Source of the DNA: Camelus dromedarius
Taxonomy: Eukaryota
NCBI RefSeq assembly: GCF_036321535.1
Contig: NC_087436.1
Span: 16,926,001 to 16,990,000, forward strand
DNA length: 64,000 nt
Direction of reading: 5' to 3'
The position numbers and the translations under genes are program-made. Below are positions 50,582 through 63,439 of the stretch, piece after piece; the first letter of the stretch is position 1, and every line of letters begins with the position of its first letter. Under the pieces are notes generated by a model. That model saw only the letters and a program-made list of their open reading frames with translations. It had not been told where the DNA came from and made no database searches.

Positions 50582-53500
50582 ATAAACGTAGTTGTATAGC
50601 ATGTATATTATAGTTAGTAGCTCTCATCAGCACTGATAACTGCCTAGAAGAAAGGCAGATACCATAACATTCTCTTTTTCTTTATTATTCTGTGGAGTTT
50701 AATTCATAGTACCAATCAGAGAAGACACAAAATTGACTGTACACCTATTATGCATATTTTCTAGCATTGAGATTCACATTTAATATTAAACAATCACTTA
50801 AATTAGTGGCTCTTACCCAAGATCTCATAACATGTTCATGCATCTAAATAAGTTATAAGTGAGTTCCAAATCTTTTGATTCTAAGGAAGTTAATGTCCCC
50901 GGATTTTTAAAGTAAGAAATGAATTTGAATGGATTACAAGACAATCCCTATAACGTAACTTTCATTTGCTGGAATTCCATAGTATTTGTTGAGGAGAGAG
51001 AGGAGGGAACTGTGGCTTGAGTGTTGGAAACTCCATCTAAGTACAGCCTTTGTGCATGTACCATGCAGGTAAACCTCAGTTCTGGGCGGCTGTAGCCAGG
51101 AACAGAATGAGAAACCCTGTTTTGCATTAATGCCCCATGTCAGCTAACTAATTTCTAGCAGATAACTCTTACTCTGCCCTTGGAAAAAAATCTGATTATT
51201 GCATAGAATAAGGAGTAGTTCTTCTTTTCAGGGATAAGATGATTACTAGTGTAACTACTACATAGCTCTTGCTAATGCCAAACTTTAGTATTTTCTGTAG
51301 GTACCGAGAGCAAATCATTGTTTGAAAGACTTCTAATACCATGTTCTCCATTGTGTTTTGGTTACAGTGAAAGACAAGGAGGGCTATTACCCATTACCGT
51401 ATTTTGAACAGTTAGTCTGCAGGGGATAACTAGCTCCCTAACACAGCATTTGCAGGACACAGCAGTTAAAGTACCTTGAGAAACTATTTTTCTGTTTACT
51501 TCCAGCTGTCTTGTGTTCTCAGTCTTCTGGAGATGCTTGTTTTCAGTGCTTCTCGAGCTCTCATTTTTAGAGTATTCATTTCTAACAATTGTATTCCAAT
51601 AGCTGCTTCATTACTTCCTTGGTTGTAACTAGATTTTGTCATTAGCAGTAACATCTTTCATTTTTCTTTTAAGCCTCTTACTTTCTGGTCACCTCCTCAT
51701 ATTTTTCTAGCTCTTCTCCCCCTTCAATAAATTTGCACCCCCCTGGGGACATTCAACACATTAACTTTATATATTTATGATATTAGTAACCCCTGAGATT
51801 TTTTTTTTTACCATTCTCCTTACTGAACTTAGATTCATTCCATGGTATCCCTGCATACATTTTTACTTCCTTACCCTCTTCTGATTTATTTTCCAACAGG
51901 CTGAATCTAATAAAAACAACAGTAAAACCAACTTTCTGCCTAATTCATGCAGATAAACATGGCATGGCTGGAGAAAAACATAACTAGGCTGATTTATTTC
52001 ACTTTCACTTTCTGATCACAGATGTCAAGTGGACCCTCAGAATTGACAAGCAGTTTTAGTCCACATTTCAAGTTAATTCAGTCTTCTCTCTCCAATTAAT
52101 ATTACACATGATCTTGGCCTTCCTCAGACTTTAAACATCTCGTCTTCCTCCTTTCTGCTGATGACTTTTATTTCTAATGAAATGGGTATAGCAGACAATA
52201 TTAGAAAAGATGATCTTATCTTCCTACCTCTCAATCTGTCAACCTTCCAGCATCTTCAGCTTCAGAGCCTGCTTCTCTTCCTCTTGCAATGGATGAACAT
52301 CTCCCTGTTCATCCCTTCTTGTTGACAGTATCACATTGTCTGGGACTTACTCAAGGATTTTACTCCTCTGTTCACTTTCTTTACTCCAGATTATTTCCTA
52401 TCTCACCTCCATTATTTATTTCTTCTCTTCTGGACTGTATCTCAAGAGCATACAATATACTGAGAAATTTTCCATCTTATAAACACCCTCCATAGATGCC
52501 ATGTAATCTTTTGTTTCTTACTTCTTCAATTGCCTTTCCATTTCTTTGCTCTCCTTTATAAACAACTCCTCAAAATATTAAATCTTCTTAGCATGTCTGC
52601 TTCTTTACTTTCTATACTTTTTTTCTTTTTAAGACCTATTATGAAATACTTCAGACCTATAAAAAGAATCAGTAAATATATGATAAAAACCACTCAGGAA
52701 GTGAACTAATGCTATTTGTATCAACATGGGTAAATATTTTTTGAAGAAATTATGAGGAAAAGTTTCAAAAGGGCACATGCTTTATGTAAAAATTCTGGGT
52801 ATTCAAAATGGTATTTTAATTATTTAAGAATACATATATGCAGTAAAGCATAAAGACATGAGTGGTAAAGGAAAACAGCTAAGTTCAGAATAATGATTAC
52901 TTCCTTTTTTTCCACTAAGGAAGAAACTGCTTGTTTAGGCATGTAAGGGAACCCCAGTCAGTTATGGAGAAGAGGAGCTATTGATACAGGTAAGAATCTA
53001 GCATTCAAAAAAATGAGTATGAGACTAAAACTTCCATCTTAATAATCCAACAGTCAGAAATGCTGCTGAATTTATCCCAAATGAAACTTCTGGAAGCTCC
53101 TGATGAAATAATGAGATATTTGCATAAAGAGAGAGCTCTCCAGCACAGTTAAATCTGAGCTCCATATAAAGTTATGGGTCTGGAGTGGAAGAAAAAGAGG
53201 AAAAAATAAGGGGGATGATATGCTGTTTCCACCATATATCAAATTTCCACCTACATCTGGGTCTGTTTCTGGATATTCATTTCTATTTCTTTTATCTCTT
53301 AGTGTTTCCCCACACCAATACCCCAGTTGGTATAGCTTTATAAGACCCATGTCTGGCAGGGAAAGTTCCACTACTTTTTTTTCCCTTTGGATCTTCTTGA
53401 ATTTATTCACTTTCATATAAATCTGAGAATTAATTTTTTTAGCTCCATTAAAAATGCAGTTAATATTGAAATAGTTTATAGAGAATTGACTTCTTTTTGA

Positions 53501-53679
53501 TATTAAATCTTTCTGTCTGTCAATAGGTTATCTATTTAATCTTTATATTTTTATATTTCATAAAAATTAGAAGATGTATTTTTGCATCATATATTTTATA
53601 TTTACATACTTTGTTTTTTAGTGACTTTCTTAATTTTTCTTCATAAAGATCATGTAAATTCTTGTTAGAATTATTTCCT

Positions 53680-53825
53680 TTTTATTTCATTTTATATTGT
53701 AGTAGGAACACTTCCCAAGAAATCTGTCCTGTTAACAAAATTTTAAATGTACAATACAGTATTGTTGAATATAGGCACAGCATGCTACAGCAGATTCTAG
53801 AACTTACTCATCTTGCTTAATAGAC
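53680..53825 (-). mobile_element. Short L1 (L1MA-like) 3'UTR fragment, adjoining older L1ME-like sequence at about 53220-53680
   Basis: aaattttaaatgtacaatacagtattgttgaatataggcacagcatgctacagcagattctagaacttactcatcttgc. Confidence 0.65.
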
Positions 53826-55617
53826 ATTTCTATTTCTATTCATCTTGCTTGATAGACTTATTTCTTATTTTTTATTTTTTTTTTGTTGCTGTGGGGGTAT
53901 GAAGGAGATTCAATTTCTGTAATGTTTCTTAAATTAGATGCTGCGTATGCAGTGCTCATTTTCTCCTTTATTTCTTTCGTGTATGTCTGAAATACTTTAA
54001 AGTAAAATTTAAAAGTTCTCCAGTTCCTTCCTATCACATGTAGAATAAACTTCAAACACCCAAGAAATACATTTTCTACCTTTCTGACCTCAGGTCCTAC
54101 CACCTGCCTCCTGCTTACTCTACTCCAATCAGGCTGATGACTTTTACTCTTTTGAATACACTAAATTCTTTGCACTTGCTGTTTCTTCTATGTAGAATTT
54201 TCTTTCCTTATGGGTCACTTTGCAAGAGTTTGACTCACATCTCTGCTGAAATATCATTTGCTCAGAAAAGCTTTTCCTGACTTTCCTCCCTGAAACGTCC
54301 TCTGCTCTCTATCCTCCTCCATCTCTTTAATATTTATTTTCCTTCATTTATCATTATGTGATGTTATATTACACAAATACTGGTTTGTTTATCGTTCATC
54401 GCTTCCCGTGGCCGTTGATTCCAATATGGCAGGGTTCTTTTCTTCCCTATTCCCTGTGGTGATCCAGGTCATAGACTAGAACCTTGTATACAGAAAGGAG
54501 GGAAGAGATGGTGTCGCCAGCCACAGCAGAGTGAAGGACAGATGACAGTACTAAGGTGAGAGACATGAAATGAAAATCTTTCCTACGTTCCTCTAAAATT
54601 GGTGGAGTAGGAAAAATTGCAAAAGATAACATACGCCTTTTTAGTCCTAGAGATGATAAAAAGTTGACAATTCAGTTGCCTTATGTCTTGTCTTGGGGCC
54701 GAGAAGGGAAGTTATCCTTCAGAAAAAGTCTGCTTTTCTCAGAACTTTCCAAAACCCTTTTCCAGGCAAGCCTGTGGAGATCCTCGAGTAATACCCAGGT
54801 TATACTTTCTTATTCATGAGTATTCTGTTTGATTTGTTCGGAGATATAATTTTAAACATGGACATCTCTTGTAGATTTACTGTGAATGTGTCACTTCATA
54901 GATATTGAAGATGGTCTGGCCCTGGCCTCATACCAACATCACCTTTGTTTACCAGATTTGAAAAGGACATTTTGTTGTTCTTATATTTATTTAGTTTGTA
55001 TGGTGTTTTTTTCAGATTTTCAAGGTGAAAACAGCTGTAATGTATCCTGAGGCCACATCTATTCGGCATATTCAAGTGGTTTTCTGCTCTCATCTGGTGA
55101 ACTTAGGACACACTTGCATAGCCAGCCAAGTATGAGTCACCCAACAAAAGGGAAAGTTAGGAGAGGATTAAATCTGATCAGGATACAAACACATGAGGTG
55201 ATAAAGGAGCTGGCCCTGCTGCCAGGGAAAGCTACTCTCCTCCGTGGCCAACAATGAGCCTTCAGTGACCAGTTATGTTAATCAGACACCTGCTGTAAAC
55301 AATATGTTCATAGGAAAGTTAATAAACAGTACCAGGCCAGGGTCTGTTATGAGTCAGCAGAAATGGACTGTTTAATCAGAACAAATGTTTAATATTAAAA
55401 AGAAGCATTATTCTTATTGTTAAAATAAAAATAAAACAGAATGGTAACTAGTGTGCAGAGTCCTCTGTGGGGCCTCGTTCTGTTAGTGCTGCATATAATG
55501 AATTTTAAAAACTGGTAGCTGCCAGCTTACATCCAAGAAATTATTGTTTGTAATAGTTTTTGAAGACAAATGCATTGAAATTAAAAATACAGATTTATTT
55601 CACCAATAAATCTAGTT

Positions 55618-55961
55618 TCTTTGTCAGCTTGGGCTTCCATAATAAAATACCATATACTGGACGTTTAAACAACAGACATTTATTCCTCACAATTCTAGAG
55701 GCTGGGGAGCCAAAGATCAAAGTACAGTAGATTTGGTTCCTAGTGACGGCCACCTTCTTACTGTATCCTCACTTGGTGTGAGAGGATGCTCTCATCTCAG
55801 CTTCTAATAAGAAGACTAATTCCATCATGGGAGCTTCACCTCCATGACATTATCTCAATCCAGTTACCTCCCAAAGGCCCCACCTCCTAAAACCATAACA
55901 CTGGGGATTAGGGCTTCAACATACGAGCTTGAGGGGAGACAGAAACATTCGGTCCATAACA
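55618..55961 (-). mobile_element. MaLR solo LTR (MLT1A-like)
   Basis: aaaataccatatactgg..taaacaacagacatttatt..ttacctcccaaaggccccacctcctaa..ggggattagggcttcaacata..cattcggtccataaca. Confidence 0.85.
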
Positions 55962-56341
55962 ACAGAAGAATGCATGTTTTATACAAAGCAACACATCTTA
56001 AATTTTAGTCACTTCATGTCCTTTTTTCTTCTTATTCTGGGGGAAGGACTGAACTATTATATCTGCTTTGATTGGTGTGGCCAAGTCATGCTTAGTTTAG
56101 TGCCTACTTGATGGGAGTGATAATCATGATCTGTTTATAGTAAGCTGATCTAGTGATTCCTTTCTCAGTCTGGTATCACTGCTGTAATCTAGTTCTTGCT
56201 GAGATCGTAATTCCAGGAGTCAGACAGGAAAGTACTTTGGCATGTAACTAGAATTCCCCTTGCTGTGCTGATCTGTAAATGTCCCATAGCTTAACATATG
56301 TGTCATTACTTTTATGGGAGGTTATAAAAAATAGTAGAATT

Positions 56342-56471
56342 AGGGGAGAGTATAGCTCAAGTGGTAGAGTGGTTGCTTAGCATCCGTAAGGTCCTGAGTT
56401 CAATCCTCAGTACCTTCTCTAAATAAATGAATATGTAAACCTAATTACCTCCCCCCACAAAAAGTAAGTAA
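56342..56471 (+). mobile_element. tRNA-derived camelid-type SINE (Vic-1-like) with perfect TSD
   Basis: A box tagctcaagtgg, B box gagttcaatcc, 3' ctaattacctcccccc and an A-rich tail. Flanking direct repeat ataaaaaatagtagaatt (18 bp) at 56324-56341 and 56472-56489. Confidence 0.92.
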
Positions 56472-58280
56472 ATAAAAAATAGTAGAATTGATTACTTATA
56501 AATCTTTATAATACATGATTTCTTTAAAATAGAATATAACATTTAGCAATAAGCAAAATGTGTAGGAAATAATGAAAATAAAAAGTATGCCAGGATGATC
56601 CTTTAATGGTTCTGGTTATTAATCCTTCATATTCAGTTTATATATTTATAATACTGCCATAAGATATTTTGTCATGGAATTTCCTATTTCCAGTGCTTTA
56701 CAAATATGTTCAATTGACAAAAACAATATCAATATCAACATTCGTTCTTTGAAATAGTCAGCTCTTTGTTTCCAAGGTTCTTATCACTCTTGGTCTCAAC
56801 TCTCTCAGAATAAGGGGTGGTGGTCTGATCCTTGCCCAGTGACCCTCCACCTCAGCCTCCAACATTTTTTACAGCCTAGAGAGTTCATGTGTACTGATTC
56901 CTGGCAGTACCCCAGTCTCTCAGACTCTCCAGGCCCATCAGTCTGGAGAACAAAGTGAGGACTCTGTAGTGGCAGAGGAGGGCAGCAGTGTAACCTGACT
57001 GATGTGTTTGGGAACTGTTATTTTTATCTCCTAATTGGAAAATGGAGGCAGTTAAATTGGGTGTTTGTCTCAGCCGCACCCAGGTAATCCAGTGAAGCCA
57101 CTTATGTTGTTGTTGTTAAAGATATTTAAGTAATAGCTTATTTTTGGAACAAACTTAGTCAAGTAATGGTTTAAAGTGTCAACTGACTTAGAGACTCTAC
57201 AATTCAGATATGTGAATGCATTTTAAACTAAAACCTTATATTTTAATAGAATTAAACAATTACAAAAAGTAGGATAATTTTTTTTTGTCTCCAGAATTGA
57301 AACTGAGTTACTCATTATTGGAATTGTGAGCATTGTACAGTAATTATTTTCATGATGAGAAAAATGAGGGGAGATTTTTTTTAAAATTCTTCTTCCCTCC
57401 CTCCCACCATCCCTCTATCCCTCCATCTACCCATCTACCCTCTTTCCCTCGTCCTTCCTTCTTTCCTTCTTTTTCTGGTTCTCCTGCTTTTCCTTCTCTT
57501 CTTTTTAATGCATAGATACTAAGAAAGATGACAGAGAGCAAAATGAAGGTGACAGACTATCCTCTCTCACCTCTTATTGTCCAACTAATAGATGGATTTG
57601 AGATATTGAGTATAGAAGGTTTATGCCCAAGAACAGAAATAACTGTTCATGAATAATGTGGAAGATTTGGATCAAAGCTGACTGTTCTGGACCCAGGTGA
57701 AAAAGCACCAGCCCGGAGTGGGTTAGTGAGCCATTCCATCCTTAGCTCTGCTTCATCACAGAGCTCAGGGCAGCCTGGGACCCCACAGCATCATAGTGAC
57801 AGAGAGTTGCTGTGCGCAGTAGAGCAACAAGTGAGTTTGGGGCACTTGAGAGAGTGGTGTTTTCTTGGGGCACATGGGGGTAGGAATGATGTCCAGGCTA
57901 AATATAAGTGGGGCAGACTTCCACTGAGGAGACAAAGTGGCAGAGCATGAATGAGTTGTGTCCACAGGTATGTGGTATGTATTTTGGAGACTCTAATATA
58001 ACTGAGGAAGACTTTGAGGAAAGCATGATGTCTTAGGATCATTCAGGTGGGATTAAGAGCAGTTAAAATTTGTGCACTAAAGCTGATGGAACTACATTTA
58101 TGCTGACAGGTTGGCGATACCTGGGGCATTCAGATTACATTTCTATAACAAGGAAAAGAATACTTCATATATTCTGTAGCCCTTTGTGATGGTTCATTTT
58201 AACTAATCTGCCTACTGCTCTTAGAAGCACTTTCTTTATTTTCCTTTTTTAATTCCTCAGCATTGCTAGCTTTCTGCCAG

Positions 58281-58685
58281 AGAGGCAGCATTGTGTAGTT
58301 GATAAGGGTTTGGGATCTGGGTGGGCTAACCATATAATTTATCATCCCAAATGGGACACTTTGAGAATTAAAGGACATGCCATTAATAATTACACTGGGA
58401 CAATAGGAAAAATCGTGAATCTTTTGAGTAAAGAGGGACACGTTGTCAGCTGAGCTTTGGAGCTCAACTGTGTGGGTTTGAGTTCTGCATCTGCTGTTTG
58501 TGAGAGCCTGCGTACATTACTCTAACTCTTTTTGCTCTGATTTTCTCACTTGCAAAAAAAGAGATAATGATACCCACCTTATTATGTTGTTGTGTGGAAT
58601 AAATATAAGGTAATATACAGAAGGAATTCTGAGCAGTGCCTGGAGGATAGATGTGTGCTTTAGAAAGGTTAACCATTATTACCAT
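58281..58685 (+). mobile_element. MIR SINE split by a MER94-like element
   Basis: MIR head aggcagcattgtgtagttgataagg at about 58283; MIR resumes at gagctttggagc..gggtttgagttctg..ctcacttgcaaaa..gataatgatacc..gagcagtgcctgg. Confidence 0.7.
58322..58451 (+). mobile_element. hAT-Blackjack MITE (MER94-like)
   Basis: gggctaaccatataatttatcatcccaaatgggacactttgaga..cattaataattacactgggacaatagg..gggacacgttgtcagct is collinear with the recalled MER94 consensus. Confidence 0.7.
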
Positions 58686-59944
58686 GACACTGCCATTTCA
58701 TGGGAGTGTCTTAACCAAGTCTATCACACGTTGTTTAACAGATATCAAACATGACAGCATTTTAAGAGCAAGACACATATATTCAATAGCACATATTTAA
58801 GAAAGCAAATCAAGGGTATGGTCTGTTTCAAGGAAGAGTAAATATCACTCTCTTTGCCTACAAAATAATTAGAATTTATTTTTCAATTTTCTAAAATGGG
58901 ACAGAATCAAATAGTCATTAAATACTAGTAGAAAACTAATCACAAGCTTGCATAATACTTTCTCTGTGTTATAAATAGTATAAAGTTGCTCTTATTTATT
59001 TTTACTGGATTCTGGTTGATGATTTCTATCTAGCAAAACAGCAGTATTGTCTGATAAATGGTCTCTTTCGCTGTTTGACAAGAAATCACAACATAGGGAT
59101 TTAGACCTATCTCTCTGCTGTCTTGTCTAGATCAAATGATGGGATCTGTTATCTGTATTTATGGTATGGTTGACTTGTCCTGGACCAGGAAGCTTAATTC
59201 AGGTGTTCTTTCCTTTCGTTTCCTTTCCTAGCTTCTCCCTAAATGCAGGAACTCCCCAAGAATGTCTCTTTAATTGCTTTCTGTACTTTTCCTCAGAGCT
59301 TTCCTTAGGTGACCTCATCACCTTTCTCAACCTCCATTGTCATTTCTATGTCCAAGACTTCCACATCTCTTTCTCTCTCTCTCCTCCTATGTCTCTCTTT
59401 CGCATTCTTTCTCTCACATGCGCATGCCTGGCTTCTTGACCGAATTCTCTTCTCACACTTTCAATACAGAATTGTGGGTCATTTCCAACTCAGTATCCAC
59501 TGGAAGCTAAAATCCATTGTGCTTCTTTCCACTTGTTTCATACCATCTAATCAAGTTTTCTTGATTCTCTTTTCCTGGTAGCTCTGACTGACTTTCCCCT
59601 TCCTTTCTATTTTCTTGGCTGCTACTTTATATCTGACCCTCGTAAATTATGAATATGCTACTGTCCCATAAATGTTCTCTTATTTGGAAGAAAGACATAA
59701 AAATGTACTGCTTTGTTTAGAATGTATTGCCTCCTTTATGGAAAGTTTGAGATATACTAAAGGAGTCTTACAGAGACTTTACTCAAAGGAATAAAATTAA
59801 GAGTGGCATTTTAGGTAGGTGATGTTGAGTAGGATAAAACCCCTTCCCAGGTCTTCCTCATCTACCCAGTTAGTACTAGGTTAGCAGTGATCTACTCTAA
59901 TTTTGTTGAGGTAAATTATGACTTTTAGGTTTTTTAAATAGTCA

Positions 59945-60421
59945 TTTCCTGCCCACCACCCCCATGGTAGGAGTGTACATACTTTCCTGTACTCCTGGTG
60001 TTGGACTTGGCCACGTAACCAGCTTTAGCCTCATGGTGGGTGGAATATGCTTCCTCACACTTTGCTCTTGGGCATGGCCATATGATTTGGCCAGTTGGCT
60101 ATCAGTGAATGTGACACCAGCAGAGGCTTGACATGTGCTTGTGTGGTTGGGCTCGTCTTCTTGTGCCTGTGTCATTGCATGAGAATGACATTTCCCAACT
60201 AGCCATCTGGTCTAGGGAGGATAAGAGACATGGAGCAGACTGAATAAACCACTTGTAGCTTATAGCTGCCTAGATAAGCCTCGCTTAGTTCCACTGAATC
60301 CCAGCTGACTCACATGAGCTAACTAAATGTTTATCACTGATAATGAGCTAAATAAACACTTGCCCTTGTATGCCCCTCATATTCTATGCTGTTTGTTTCA
60401 CAGCAATAGTTCCCTGACACA
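59945..60421 (+). mobile_element. MaLR LTR (MLT1G/H-like)
   Basis: cttggccacgtaacc..cagcagaggcttgacatgtgcttgtgtggttgggct..aataaacacttgccc..tgtttgtttcacagcaatag..ctgacaca. Confidence 0.7.
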
Positions 60422-60533
60422 AGTTTCCAGGAAAGTTTTTTTTTAGCTTCAAATAAGCAAAGTATTTCAGTATGTAATACTCATTAAGAGAGAGAAAATA
60501 AATTCATGTACTTTATAAAAATTGTCATGATAA

Positions 60534-61142
60534 TGTTACTGGGAGGAGGGGAAAAGTCACCTCAGTTCTTAAAGAAAAAAATGAATTTTTAATGAGAGAC
60601 AGAAAGTGTGATATAAACAGAAGATTTTATTAGTAAAGTAAAAAGGTAGTAAAGTATAGTACACCCCCGAGAATTGGGGGCGGGCCAACCCAAGAGAGGA
60701 GAAATGGTGCTGCTCCTCTGTTTTTCCTGTTCTTATATTGCGGCTTAGGGGGCGTTTTTGTGGCTGATTGATTTGATTGATGATTCACGTTCATTATGCT
60801 CAGGCTGATTGACAGCTCATACTCCTTGTGCTCAGGCATGCCTATCTCTTATATGCGTGTTGTTACCTATGATGCACACAGAGAAACCTACGCGGGGGGG
60901 GGAGGGTGGGACTCAAACTGCAATGTTAATTACATTATAATGAGCATTGGGCCAAGTGAAGCTGGGTCCTTCTCTCTGCTGTGCAGCTGCAGGGTTCGAT
61001 TCTAGCTGGCCTCTTTGCTGGCCGTCATTTAGAGAAAGTAAAAGTTTTTGGAGCTCCTTGTCCTGAGTGCAGGCATACTGTTATTTTCTGGGTTGCTCCC
61101 TCTCCCCTTGCCCGGTGCTCATTTCTATCTAACTGCCTAGCA
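60534..61142 (-). mobile_element. ERV1-class solo LTR, 609 bp, antisense to the host gene
   Basis: TG...CA ends (tgttact...gcctagca) and 4-bp TSD ATAA (60530-60533 and 61143-61146). On the minus strand a TATA-like CAATATAAGA (about 60731-60740) precedes AATAAA (60626-60631). The 5' end TGCTAGGCAGTTAGATAG..ATGAGC recalls MER50/MER83-group LTRs. Confidence 0.85.
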
Positions 61143-61215
61143 ATAATATTAGAGGAAAAGAGAGGAATCCTTATAATCAGATATTCAGCATGTCATTTCA
61201 CTAAATATTCTAATT

Positions 61216-61370
61216 CAGTGGATTTTAAACCTTAATGTGATGAAGAATCACTTGGACAGATTATTTAAAGAATAAATCCCTGGCTCTAAGACTAGCAGTT
61301 AAGTCATTAGTTTGGGGTGTCTACCAGGATTCTGTATCTTTACCACTCCTGAGTAGTCCAGGAAACATTG
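61216..61370. mobile_element. MER5-like hAT-Charlie fragment
   Basis: cagtggattttaaacctt..agaatcacttgga..aggattctgtatcttt..ggaaacattg. A similar relic lies at about 18945-19101. Confidence 0.5.
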
Positions 61371-63439
61371 ATTTCATTTTTGTTTTCTTTCATTCTTTTC
61401 TTCTTTTCCTTTTTTAAGATTCCCTAGAGGGAAAAGTATAAGCTGTACTTGGTGACACATGAAACAAATGGAGGATAGAAAATAAAATGATAAGGGGTCT
61501 ATTCTACTCTCTTATAACCTACTGAGTTTTTTTATCCATTATGAGTTGAAGGTTGAAGAGCAGCATTATCCTATTATTTTTGGCCTCCTGTAGTTTACAC
61601 CATAAGTTCAGTATGCTTTAATTTTTATCTTACTATTATTTATAATTGATACCAAACAGCTCTCTGGAGGCCTCTTTTCAACAAGCAATGTTCCCTTTGG
61701 CTGTGAAACCCACTTACCTTAACTGGCTGTGATTATACTTCAACCTAACTCTCAGAGTCATGATGGTAATATTCATTTTACTATCCCAAAAGGCTCTTAG
61801 TATTCATCAAATATTTGATTTACATCATCTAATAAAGCTTATAGAATGCAGAAACATGAAACCTAACCCCATCATGATTTTTACTACTGTCTCTTTCATT
61901 AACAGTGTGAGTTTCTTCTCTAAAATAATTAAAATCCATAATTGAATACACTAGAATAATTTTGGAAAATTAGTTTCATTATTCCAATACTTCCATTTGG
62001 AAAGCTTGCATTATTTATTACAACTAAATAGATAAACATGGCCCCTCTTTTCTTTCTTTTCATTTTACATGTATTCTTTAGGAGAGAATATTTGTTTTCT
62101 ATATTTCTATTATTTTAAGAGAATGAGTAATAGCTCTTAAAGCATTGTTGACAAGAACATAAGGATGACTTGGGCACTATAAATAAGGTGAGTGCACTAA
62201 CTACAGAAGTCTTACTCACCTTCAGAAATTGGCTCCTTGTGCTAAGAAATACCCAACTCCCTCTCCTGACTGAGTATGTTGTCCACATTTTAAATTATTC
62301 TATACCCTTTAGAAGCAAAGTATAAGATGGAACCTTGTAGATCTTTCAAAGATTCTCTTTGGAATAAAGAGACTATATTTATTTTCTCTACTAACTTTAG
62401 ACATATGGTCAACTGGTCAGCTCAAGTGGGTTTGGCATACTTGTAGTTCATTGGTCTGCATTGGCTCTGTAGTTGAGCGTGGCACCTAGGACATGGCTGG
62501 GTTATTTATGTAGTACAAAAATTGGACGTATTTTATAGATGAGGAAATAAATACCTAAACAGGGTATTTTAAACAGATTAAATCTCTCTTATTATATTCA
62601 TATAACAATCCAAGCAATCTTACTGTAGGAAGCTAAGGGTATCTTTATTAAAAACACTTCAGTTCAGCTTTATGAGATAAAAGTTACTCAGAAAACTGGA
62701 TGAATGTAGTGAATTCATTTTTTTAAAAAAACATATTTATGAGAAGTAGCAAAGGCCTCAGCAGAAATTACACAATTAATATTTTAGGAGGTCTGGGGTT
62801 CAGCCAGTCAGCAGTAATATGAAGTGGTTGGGTCATAAGTCACAAGTATGCTTGGATTTCATAATTGTAAGCTTTACCTCTGACTTAGTAGAAAAATTCA
62901 ACTGACAACACAGAATCAAATGAAAATACTCAAACAATTTAAAAGAGAAATAATTTAAACCTAATAGGAAAGGTCAAAAGCTCTCCATTAAAATTTATAT
63001 TTGTGAATTCTCTCAAGTTAAGCTAAATAAATACCTATAATAAAGGGTTTGAAAATGCCACTGCCGTTTCTATTGCCAAATTTCTTAGCCTAGCATTTGA
63101 AGCAAAATTTGCAGGTCTGGGTTTTGCATGATAATCACTGCAAAACACTGTGGAAACCTCCTATTTCTAAACCATTTCCTCTCCTTTCTTTCACATTTCT
63201 ATGCACCAGCCCACCCCACCCTCCCAACCACTATAAACTATTTACTTGTGATTTCTAAGGGAAGTTGATCAATTAGAATAAGAGGACTTGATTTATATTT
63301 TCTGTTAAGTAGAGCTCAGATTCCCCTGAAACTAAAAGGTTGATCAGTCAGTGTTGACAACCACAGTATGTGTAAGTGACTTTTTTGGAATGGTCTTAGC
63401 TTTTTAAATAGTTTTATGACTTATTGTGGTGTATGATTA

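Noticed and set aside
56342..56415. Possible tRNA gene (also 50505-50581 on the minus strand)
   Set aside because: The tRNA-like head continues into a SINE-specific 3' region and A-tail, has a TSD in one copy, and lacks a clean acceptor stem. It is a SINE.
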